Positions 56,857 to 64,000 of a stretch of 64,000 nucleotides of DNA are shown piece by piece. Source of the DNA: an uncultured Verrucomicrobia subdivision 3 bacterium. Lineage in GTDB: Bacteria; Verrucomicrobiota; Verrucomicrobiia; Limisphaerales; UBA8199. Made by a program: the position numbers and the translations under genes. Each line of letters opens with the position of its first letter. The stretch's first letter is position 1. Location: assembly GCA_903913865.1 (NCBI GenBank), contig CAIWMU010000234.1:5058-69057 (forward strand), written 5' to 3'. The notes under the pieces are model-generated. The model searched no databases and was not told the DNA's origin. It saw only the letters and a program-made list of their open reading frames with translations.

Positions 56857-59460
56857 ATGATTGCGCCTATGGGAAGGGCTCTGAAACATGCGGGATGGCT
56901 GGTCGCGGGATGGCTTGGAATGTCCATCGCGCAGGCACAGACGGACCACAACATCTACACTGATTCCCTCCAGAACAGTTGGGATAACTGGAGCTGGAGC
57001 AGCACCATCGACCCCAATGCGACCACCGTGCTGCACGGGGGCACCAGGTCGATGGCCATCACAATCACTGGCGCTTGGGGGGCTCTTTCACTGCACCACA
57101 CCGATCTCGACACCGCGCCCTACAGCGATTTGCAGTTCTGGGTGAACGGCGGGAGCGCCGGGGGGCAAAAGTTGCGGCTCTCTGCCGAACTTGCAGCAGT
57201 GGGCCAGCCAGGTGTGGATATCGATCCCCTGCCCACAAATGCCTGGCGGCAGGTCACCCTGTCCCTTGCCAGCCTCGGCATAGCCAGTAAGGCCAACTTC
57301 AGCCGGTTCTCACTTCAGGACCGAACCGGAGCGGCCTCGGCGACGTTCTATGTGGATGACATGAAGCTGGTGGCCAGCGGCACCCCTCCTCCGGCTGTGG
57401 TGCTGACGGCACCATTGGAAGGGGCCGTTTACAGCGCACCCGCCTCGGTGGCTCTCGCAGCGACCGTCATCACCAATGGGCACGCCATCAACAAGGTGCA
57501 GTTCCTTGCGGGGACCAACGTCGTGGCCGAGGATTCCCTGCCGCCCTACGCCACCACCTGGAGCAATGCGCCTGCCGGAAGCGTGGCAGTTGCCGCCCGG
57601 GTGGTTTATGATGGGGCCGCCACCCGCGATTCTGCGGCGGTGAACATCCTCATCGCCTCCAACAGCACTTTTGCGGTCACAATCAATGCCCAGGCGGCAC
57701 GCCACGCCATCAGCCCGCTGATTTATGGCACCGCCTTTGCCACCACCGCCCAGCTTTCGGATCTGAATTTCACGATCAACCGCTCCGGTGGAAATTCGGA
57801 GACCCGCTACAACTGGGTGTTGAACGCGCACAACCACGCGGCGGACTGGTATTTTCAAAGCATCGCCGATTCCCCGGCCACGCCTGCGGCCGCCTCGGAT
57901 GACTTTGTCACCACCACAAAAGCGGCGGGGGCGGATGCGGCCCTCACGATCCCGATGATCGAGTGGATGCCGAAGCTGGGGCCCAACCGGGGGAAGCTGG
58001 CGAGTTATTCCATCGCCAAGTATGGCGCCCAGACCGGCAGCGATGCCCAGTGGATGCCGGATGCAGGAAACGGCATCGCCGCCGCCAACGGCGCGCCGAT
58101 CCTGACAAATGACCCGAACGATGCCAACTTCCCGACCAACTCCCTCTTCCAGCAGGCCTTCCTGCAGCACCTGACCAACCGCTTCGGGCTCTCCACGAAC
58201 GGCGGGGTGAGGCACTACATCCTCGATAACGAACACAGCATCTGGCACTCGACCCACCAGGATGTCCACCCCAACGGCGCGAGCCGGCGGGAGATCCGCG
58301 ACCGGATGTTTGATTACTCCGCGAAGATCAAGGCGATTGATCCCTCCGCCCAGGTCTGGGGTCCGGAGGAATTCGGCTGGTCCGGCTACCTGAACAGCGG
58401 GGCGGATCTGCAATACGGGAGCCGTTTCGGCTGGTCCTACCTGCCGGACCGCAGCACAAACGGCTCCATGGATTACGTCTGCTGGCTGCTTGACCAGTTC
58501 CACCAGCGGGAACTCTCCACCGGGAAACGGTGGCTGGACTACTTCACCCTCCACTGCTACCCGGAGGGTGCCGAGCGCAACAACGGCGGGACAGATGTCT
58601 CCACTTCCACCCAACTCCTGCGTAACCGTTCCACCCGCTGTTTCTGGGATCCGTCCTACGTCTCGGAAAGCTGGATCGCCACCCCCGTGCAACTCATCCC
58701 AAGGATGAAGGCCTGGGTCGCGGCATGGTATCCCGGCACAAAACTGGGCATCACGGAATACAACTGGAATGCCGAGGACCACATCAACGGTGCCACCGCG
58801 CAGGCTGATATACTTGGAATTTTCGGAAGGGAGGGGCTCGATCTGGCCACCCGCTGGACAACCCCGGCCGCCACGAGCCCGGTTTACAAGGCAATGAAGA
58901 TTTACAGGAACTACGATGGAAACAAATCGGCCTTTGGCGACCAGTCCGTTGCAGCCTCCGGAACGAACCCGGATCAGCTGGCTGTCTTTGCCTCCGTCCG
59001 CAGCTCGGATGGAGCCCTGACCCTCATGGCCATCAACAAGCAATTGGGCTCCAGCGGACTTGTGACGTTCAACCTGCTCAACTTCCCCTGGGTGGGCTCG
59101 GCCCAGGTCTGGCAACTCACATCCGCTAACACAATCACGCGGCAGGCTGACCTTGCAGGGACTGGAACCACCCTCGGGGCCACCGTGCCACCCCAATCCG
59201 TGACGCTCTTTGTGCTGCCATCTTCGGTGCCGAACCGGTCCACGCTCCGCGCGACCCTGGGGGGCGGGAACGTCCTGAACATCTCCTTCTCGTCGCAGAC
59301 AAACCGCAGGTACCAACTGGAGACGTCCACTGATTTGCTGGGTTCTGGATGGGTTGCGGCGGGTCAGCCGTTCACGGGCACCGGAAGCGCGAGCCAGGTG
59401 GTGAACACCGCGATTGGCGGTTTCCGCCAATATTACCGGCTGGTCCTGCTTCCCCCTTGA
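56857..59460 (+). CDS. Glycoside hydrolase family 44-like enzyme with N-terminal CBM-like and Ig-like domains
   Basis: Signal peptide. INRSGGNSETRYNW matches the GH44 GGNxxTRYNW block. ...LDNEHSIWHSTHQDVHP... carries the NE acid/base-like motif. C-terminal beta-sandwich tail. Confidence 0.7.
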   Translation: MIAPMGRALKHAGWLVAGWLGMSIAQAQTDHNIYTDSLQNSWDNWSWSSTIDPNATTVLHGGTRSMAITITGAWGALSLHHTDLDTAPYSDLQFWVNGGSAGGQKLRLSAELAAVGQPGVDIDPLPTNAWRQVTLSLASLGIASKANFSRFSLQDRTGAASATFYVDDMKLVASGTPPPAVVLTAPLEGAVYSAPASVALAATVITNGHAINKVQFLAGTNVVAEDSLPPYATTWSNAPAGSVAVAARVVYDGAATRDSAAVNILIASNSTFAVTINAQAARHAISPLIYGTAFATTAQLSDLNFTINRSGGNSETRYNWVLNAHNHAADWYFQSIADSPATPAAASDDFVTTTKAAGADAALTIPMIEWMPKLGPNRGKLASYSIAKYGAQTGSDAQWMPDAGNGIAAANGAPILTNDPNDANFPTNSLFQQAFLQHLTNRFGLSTNGGVRHYILDNEHSIWHSTHQDVHPNGASRREIRDRMFDYSAKIKAIDPSAQVWGPEEFGWSGYLNSGADLQYGSRFGWSYLPDRSTNGSMDYVCWLLDQFHQRELSTGKRWLDYFTLHCYPEGAERNNGGTDVSTSTQLLRNRSTRCFWDPSYVSESWIATPVQLIPRMKAWVAAWYPGTKLGITEYNWNAEDHINGATAQADILGIFGREGLDLATRWTTPAATSPVYKAMKIYRNYDGNKSAFGDQSVAASGTNPDQLAVFASVRSSDGALTLMAINKQLGSSGLVTFNLLNFPWVGSAQVWQLTSANTITRQADLAGTGTTLGATVPPQSVTLFVLPSSVPNRSTLRATLGGGNVLNISFSSQTNRRYQLETSTDLLGSGWVAAGQPFTGTGSASQVVNTAIGGFRQYYRLVLLPP

Positions 59461-59556
59461 TCGAGGCACGGAATTACGAATAGGGCGCGGGGGTTAATTC
59501 AGATGGGGGCCTGGGGAACCTCGATTGGAATCGGTTGCGGCGAACGCGATGAGGGG

Positions 59557-59634
59557 GGAAAAGCTCGCGCAGAGGGGCTGAGGCGCAGAGAAAAAGGATT
59601 TGGGCTCTCCGCGTCTCGGCGTCTCCGCGCGATA
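59557..59634. repeat. Family C palindromic repeat, third (core-only) copy
   Basis: GGAAAAGCTCGCGCAGAGGGGCTGAGGCGCAGAGAAAAAGGATTTGGGCTCTCCGCGTCTCGGCGTCTCCGCGCGATA aligns with the core of 26075..26189 in the same orientation. Confidence 0.8.
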
Positions 59635-59754
59635 TATTCCCTTCAGGGTTGCAAGCGGGCCCGGGGCGGATGAGGGGCAGGAAAGTGCAAACGCGCGACA
59701 ACTATTGGCAAGGCTGCGAAGGCGGACATCGGGGACTTCCTCCATGATGGGCCC

Positions 59755-60573
59755 ATGGAAATGAAATCCTGCATCTTGAGAGTCCTTGTGACAACGGGCT
59801 TGCTGACCACCAGCTTGCGGGCGGATGACCGCCGTTTTACCTACACCTATGAACCGGAGACTCCAGCGGCGCGAACCATGGCGTTCGAGAATTGGACCAC
59901 CTTAGGCGCACAGCGCGGCGCGGCAACGGGTGAGGCCAACTACAGGCAGTGGGACCTGCGGCAGGAGTTTGAGTATGGTGTGACAGACAAATATGCGGTG
60001 GGTCTTTACCTGAACGAACAGGCAACCGCATTCCGGAAACCAGGGATGACGGCCAATGAATCCCACTTTGATTGGAAAGGGGTTTCACTCGAGAACCGAT
60101 ACAACCTGCTCAATCCAGCCGAGCACGCGATCGGCGTGACTCTCTACCTGGAGGGAACCTACTCAGGGAGTGAGGCGGAGCTTGAGCAGAAGGTCATCAT
60201 CGGGCAGCGCCATGGGAACTGGAAATGGGCCTTCAACCTCATCCACGCCACCGGCTGGGAGGAGGATCTCCGGGAGCGGGAGGGGGAACTGGGGGCCAGC
60301 TTCGGCCTGGCCCGGGATCTGGGCAAGCATTGGTCGCTGGGTTTCGAAATGCGGGATGAGACGTTGATACCGGACTACAAGGAGTTTGAGAGCACGGCGG
60401 TCTTCCTGGGACCTGTGGTAAGCTATCACAATGAGAAGTGGTGGGCGGCGCTGACCGCCATGGGCCAGATTTACGGCTGGAACAATGATGGCCTGGCGGA
60501 CGGAAACAGGCATCTGGAACTGGTGGACCATGAAAAGTTCAATGTCCGGCTGCTCTTCGGCTTTGGATTTTAG
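59755..60573 (+). CDS. Outer-membrane beta-barrel protein (hypothetical)
   Basis: Signal peptide, alternating amphipathic strands, and a C-terminal ...NVRLLFGFGF with terminal Phe, typical of OMP beta-signals. Confidence 0.6.
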   Translation: MEMKSCILRVLVTTGLLTTSLRADDRRFTYTYEPETPAARTMAFENWTTLGAQRGAATGEANYRQWDLRQEFEYGVTDKYAVGLYLNEQATAFRKPGMTANESHFDWKGVSLENRYNLLNPAEHAIGVTLYLEGTYSGSEAELEQKVIIGQRHGNWKWAFNLIHATGWEEDLREREGELGASFGLARDLGKHWSLGFEMRDETLIPDYKEFESTAVFLGPVVSYHNEKWWAALTAMGQIYGWNNDGLADGNRHLELVDHEKFNVRLLFGFGF

Positions 60574-60578
60574 ACACA

Positions 60579-60674
60579 GCGCCGTAATGTTCCACCCATC
60601 GAAGCCATGTGAGGCACAGGAAAGCGGCATGTCAGGCACTTGCCATGCACAACTGTGTATGATGCGGTCTATAG
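60579..60674 (+). repeat. Left copy of 96-bp direct repeat carrying a sigma-54-like element
   Basis: GCGCCGTAATGTTCCACCCATCGAAGCCATGTGAGGCACAGGAAAGCGGCATGTCAGGCACTTGCCATGCACAACTGTGTATGATGCGGTCTATAG. About 12 mismatches against 61092..61187, at a constant offset of 513 bp. Confidence 0.85.
60634..60649 (+). promoter_or_regulatory. Sigma-54 (-24/-12)-like element, left copy
   Basis: aGGCACttgccaTGCa compared with the consensus TGGCACG-N4-TTGCW. GG and GC are at the canonical 12-nt register, and CAC and TGC are conserved. Confidence 0.3.
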
Positions 60675-60703
60675 CAACAGTCCACCAACAACAACCCCCT
60701 GTC

Positions 60704-61045
60704 CCGGCCGGGAATCCCAACGGGATTCTGGCACAGAGCCCATGGTTGCACCGCCGAGGTGCCACCATGGGTGAATGGTGCACAACCAAACAACCCTGGA
60801 TGGGTTGTGCCGTCGTAAAACCCGGGGAGGTTGGCGGGAGGTGCCTCAATGGGGCCGAACGGGCACAGCGTCCAATTTATTTGCATTACCACGCCACAGC
60901 CTTTGCGGGTCAAGGCACCTGTTCGATCCCCCGGCACAACCACCTTCGGGGTTGTGGTGCACTTCCCACCCATACCCGGGGTAACGCCGCAGACGGCGCA
61001 ACCCCGGGCTTTGGGGCTGAACCCCTTCAGGGTTCCCGGAAGGGG
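60704..61045 (+). repeat. Family A hairpin-rich module, third copy
   Basis: Collinear with 50636..50977 and 51180..51536: GGGAATCCCAA(G/C)GGGATTCTG..., ...CACAACCACCTTCGGGGTTGTG..., ...ACCCGGGGTAACGCCGC(A/C)GACGGC...AACCCCGGGCTTTG... Confidence 0.8.
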
Positions 61046-61091
61046 AACCATTGTCCGAAGGTTTCGACCATTGAACCATCAACCATAAGCG

Positions 61092-61187
61092 GCGCCGTAA
61101 TGTTCTACCCAGCGAAGCCATGTGAGGCCCAGGAAAGCGGGATTTCAGGCACTTGCCATGCGCAACTGTTTATGACGCGTTGTATAG
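61092..61187 (+). repeat. Right copy of 96-bp direct repeat, ending 7 nt before the start codon of the CxxCH protein gene
   Basis: GCGCCGTAATGTTCTACCCAGCGAAGCCATGTGAGGCCCAGGAAAGCGGGATTTCAGGCACTTGCCATGCGCAACTGTTTATGACGCGTTGTATAG. Confidence 0.85.
61147..61162 (+). promoter_or_regulatory. Sigma-54 (-24/-12)-like promoter upstream of the CxxCH protein gene
   Basis: aGGCACttgccaTGCg, with GG at 61148..61149 and GC at 61160..61161. The expected TSS is near 61172, 22-23 nt before ATG 61195. AGGA lies 5 nt before the ATG. Confidence 0.35.
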
Positions 61188-61194
61188 GATTCCC

Positions 61195-61479
61195 ATGAAG
61201 TTCATTCTTGTTCTGCTGGCCGCCCTGGCCGCGTGGGCACCGGGCGAGGCCGCCGGGGGGGACCTTGCGCGGATGGACATTGGCGCGGGGCGGAAGCTGC
61301 ATGTGGTCAAATGTGCGAAATGCCACAAGCTGCATGAACCGAAAGGTTACAGCGAGACCGACTGGCAGCGATGGATGGGCTCAATGAGCCGGAAATCCAA
61401 ACTTACCGCCGCGCAGGAGGAATTGCTCCGGTGGTATCTGGATGAATATCGGGCCGGGCGGATTCCGAAGGTGAAGTGA
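61195..61479 (+). CDS. Small secreted CxxCH (heme-binding-motif) protein
   Basis: Signal peptide MKFILVLLAALAAWAPGEA. The single motif VKCAKCHKLHEP is CxxCH. 94 aa. Confidence 0.6.
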   Translation: MKFILVLLAALAAWAPGEAAGGDLARMDIGAGRKLHVVKCAKCHKLHEPKGYSETDWQRWMGSMSRKSKLTAAQEELLRWYLDEYRAGRIPKVK

Positions 61480-62482
61480 CCCGGGATCCGATGGCGCGAT
61501 CCGGGGAATGGTTTCTCTGCGCTGGCGTGCGCATGGGGTAGAGGCCGGGGCAGCAGCCGAACATCTCGTGAAAGGCCTGACTGAAGTGGCTGAGGCTGGA
61601 GTAGCCCACCTCCAGGGCGGCTTCGGTGACGTTATACTGGCGCGTCCGCAGCAGTTCCGCCGCCCGTTCGAGTCTGGCCCTGCGGAGCCATTGGGATAGG
61701 GTGAGGCCTGTCTCGCGGGTGAAGGTGCGGCTGAGGTAGTAATGACTGCAGGCCACACGACGGCCCAGTTCCTCCAGCGATGGTGCCTCAGCCAGATTCT
61801 CCAGGAGAATTGTCTTGGCCCGGGCGACACGTTCCGCCCCGAGCCTTTGGGCCCGGGTGCAGAGCGGCTCCTCCGCATGGGCGCAGAAGAAGAATTCCGC
61901 CGCAAACTCCAAAGCCTTGGCCTCAAACCAAAGGCGCTGGGCCGAGGCCAGCACCGGCGGATGCAACAGGGATTTCAACAGCTCACGGTGGCGTTGGGTG
62001 AGGGGGGTGGGACCTGAGAGACCCGCAAGGGGTGGATCGCCCAAAAGGCAACCCTGCAGCAGCGGGTGCAACTGGCCTGCATCGGGTGTCAATCGCTGGC
62101 GCAGGAACGGGATCGAGAACTCGACACTCAAAAACTCATGGTTCTGCCCGGCGAGCCGTTTTGCCTTCAGATGAGCGCCATTTGTCACGAAAAAGGCGGC
62201 GGTGTCGGCACCGAAATCGATCTGGGTGGTGCCTGAAACAACCCTCCCCTCCCCCAGAAGGTTCAGGCAGATCTCCACGCTCCCGGGATGAAAGCTCCCG
62301 GCCCAGTTCAGGTGGGTTGCCGGCCGGATCTCATGCCACTCAAAGCTGAAGCCGTCCCGGGTGAAGTTTCCGGCCAGCTGACGCCATCTGGCACCGGCAC
62401 GCTGCCAGAATGGCTGCTCATAGCCGGGAGGTGAACCGGCTGCAACCGAGTGCAAGACTGTGCTGGGTGTGGCGTTCACCAT
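61403..62482 (-). CDS. AraC-family transcriptional regulator
   Basis: C-terminal dual HTH ...LEELGRRVACSHYYLSRTFTRETGLTLSQWLRRARLERAAELLRTRQYNVTEAALEVGYSSLSHFSQAFHEMFGCCPGLY. The N-terminal sensor domain is cupin-like. Confidence 0.85.
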   Translation of the reverse strand: MVNATPSTVLHSVAAGSPPGYEQPFWQRAGARWRQLAGNFTRDGFSFEWHEIRPATHLNWAGSFHPGSVEICLNLLGEGRVVSGTTQIDFGADTAAFFVTNGAHLKAKRLAGQNHEFLSVEFSIPFLRQRLTPDAGQLHPLLQGCLLGDPPLAGLSGPTPLTQRHRELLKSLLHPPVLASAQRLWFEAKALEFAAEFFFCAHAEEPLCTRAQRLGAERVARAKTILLENLAEAPSLEELGRRVACSHYYLSRTFTRETGLTLSQWLRRARLERAAELLRTRQYNVTEAALEVGYSSLSHFSQAFHEMFGCCPGLYPMRTPAQRNHSPDRAIGSRVTSPSESARPDIHPDTTGAIPPARR

Positions 62483-62641
62483 GCGAACTTTTGAAAGATA
62501 GCATCGTCACACCTAATATCAAACGCCCCACCGGGCAATTTCAGCCCGGGGAAGGGCGGTTCGGGATGGGATCGGCCACGTTCCGCGCTGTGAATATCTG
62601 CCGCTTGCCCCCGGGTTGGGCTGGGGGGTAACCTTGGGGAT

Positions 62642-64000
62642 ATGTCGCAAGCTGAGTTTGTCCATCTGCACGTGCACACCGAGTACTCTTTACTCGATGG
62701 AGCCTGCCGTCTCGACCGGTTGATGGACAGGGCGAAGGCGTTGAACTATTCCTCCCTGGCCATCACCGACCACGGGGTGATGTATGGGGTGGTTGACTTC
62801 TTCCGCGCCGCGAAGGATGCGGGGATCAAGCCCATCATCGGCTGCGAGGTGTATGTGGCGCCCGGGAGCCGGTTGGAAAAGAAATCCTCGGGGGGAGGGC
62901 GGGATGTTTACAACCACCTGGTGCTGCTGGCAAAGAACGAGGAGGGCTACAAGAACCTCATCAAGCTGGTCACCGCCGCGCATCTGGATGGCTATTACTA
63001 CAAGCCGCGCATCGACAAGGAGTTGCTCCAGCTGCACAAGGAGGGTCTGATCGCACTTTCCGGCTGCCTGGCGAGCGAAATTCCGGAGGCGATCAACAAG
63101 GATCAGCCGGCAAAGGCGCGGGAGGCGATCGACTGGTTCAAACAGGTGCTGGGGCCGGACAACTTTTACCTGGAACTGCAGAACCACGGCATCCCGGAGC
63201 AGGCCAAGGTGAACCGCTCACTCATTCCCTGGGCGAAGGAATTCGGGTTGAAACTGGTGGCGACGAATGACGTTCATTACGTCGAGCGGGAGCATTCCCA
63301 TGCCCATGATGCCCTGATTTGCATCGGCACACAGTGCCAGCTCGCCGACACACGCCGGATGAAGTATGTCGAGGAGCAGTTCTACCTGCGCTCACCGGAG
63401 GAGATGTCCGCCCGGTTTGCCGAGGCCCCTGAAGCGGTGCGCAACACGCTCGAAGTGGCGGAAAAGTGCAACCTGGAAATTGAATTCGGGAAGCTCCATT
63501 ACCCCGTTTTTTATCCGCCGGAACATTATACGCGGGAGGGTTATCTCCGGATGCTGCTCGCCAAATCCCTGCACAAACGGTATGGCCTCCATGTGCGGGC
63601 CGAGGGGGAGGAGTTTATCGTGGAGCGTCTGGATGATCCGCGACGGCTGCCCACCTACGCGCCGGCTCCCGGCACCCCGCCCGCCGTCCCATCCCCGGAG
63701 ACGGGTGCGGATTTGAACGACCCGGCGATCGCGGCAGCCGTGGAGGCCGTCATTGGCCGACTACAGATCGAGCTGAAGGTCATTGAGCGCACCGGGTTCA
63801 TCAGCTACTTCCTGATCGTCGGGGATTTTGTGCGCTACGGGCACGAGCGGGGCATTTCCTGCGTGGCGCGTGGTTCCGCAGCAGGCTCCATCGTCACGTA
63901 TCTGCTGGAGATTTCGAACGTCGATCCGATCCGTTACGGGCTGCTCTTCGAGCGGTTCCTCAATCCTGAACGGGTGAACCCGCCTGATATCGACATCGAC
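62642..64000 (+). CDS. dnaE: DNA polymerase III alpha subunit, N-terminal PHP domain (3' part outside the window)
   Basis: Own translation MSQAEFVHLHVHTEYSLLDGACRLDRLMDRAKALNYSSLAITDHGVMYGVVDFFRAAKDAGIKPIIGCEVYVAP...NHLVLLAKNEEGYKNLIKL. The frame is open to the window end, so it is absent from the ORF track. Confidence 0.95.
   Translation, partial: MSQAEFVHLHVHTEYSLLDGACRLDRLMDRAKALNYSSLAITDHGVMYGVVDFFRAAKDAGIKPIIGCEVYVAPGSRLEKKSSGGGRDVYNHLVLLAKNEEGYKNLIKLVTAAHLDGYYYKPRIDKELLQLHKEGLIALSGCLASEIPEAINKDQPAKAREAIDWFKQVLGPDNFYLELQNHGIPEQAKVNRSLIPWAKEFGLKLVATNDVHYVEREHSHAHDALICIGTQCQLADTRRMKYVEEQFYLRSPEEMSARFAEAPEAVRNTLEVAEKCNLEIEFGKLHYPVFYPPEHYTREGYLRMLLAKSLHKRYGLHVRAEGEEFIVERLDDPRRLPTYAPAPGTPPAVPSPETGADLNDPAIAAAVEAVIGRLQIELKVIERTGFISYFLIVGDFVRYGHERGISCVARGSAAGSIVTYLLEISNVDPIRYGLLFERFLNPERVNPPDIDID

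Overview
GC-rich chromosomal segment that looks like a PVC-superphylum genome, most likely Verrucomicrobiota. This is inferred from two prepilin-leader / H-X9-DG (DUF1559-type) proteins, a GldG/DUF4340 ABC operon, secreted CAZymes and dense palindromic intergenic repeats. I call 54 protein-coding genes. By eye I found no rRNA, tRNA, CRISPR array, transposase, integrase or phage gene. Recognisable content: pyrF, hpt and a dimeric-dUTPase-like gene; sdhCAB; a Fur-family regulator with sufBC; the 5' part of dnaE; HtrA protease; three envelope ABC systems (GldA/F/G-like with DUF4340 and an AsmA-like giant, MlaFED-like, MacB/LolD-like with a 1121-aa FtsX permease); two orphan response regulators (one sigma-54 dependent); LysR and AraC regulators; GH26 and GH44 hydrolases; and a GT2/GT4/methyltransferase/thioesterase cluster. 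Features that ordinary gene calls do not explain: (1) a five-gene, translationally coupled ABC-2/GldG/DUF4340/AsmA-like operon at 10698..18691; (2) a one-gene AAA_14/DUF4143 ATPase bracketed by a ~48-bp direct repeat at 20423..21846; (3) about 3 kb of non-coding structured repeats in at least three families, including a 1.1-kb element with ~100-bp inverted termini made of 10-bp phased CGCAGATG-like iterons, and a ~340-bp hairpin module whose copies differ by compensatory stem substitutions; (4) a duplicated 96-bp segment carrying a good sigma-54 -24/-12 match, one copy placed correctly upstream of a small CxxCH protein gene; (5) several regulators whose sigma-70-like promoters sit so close to the start codon that the mRNAs would be leaderless. 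All family assignments come from motif recognition in the translated ORFs. No database search, alignment statistic or structure prediction was run. I cannot show that any of these is a new system; the strongest candidates are items 1 to 4.
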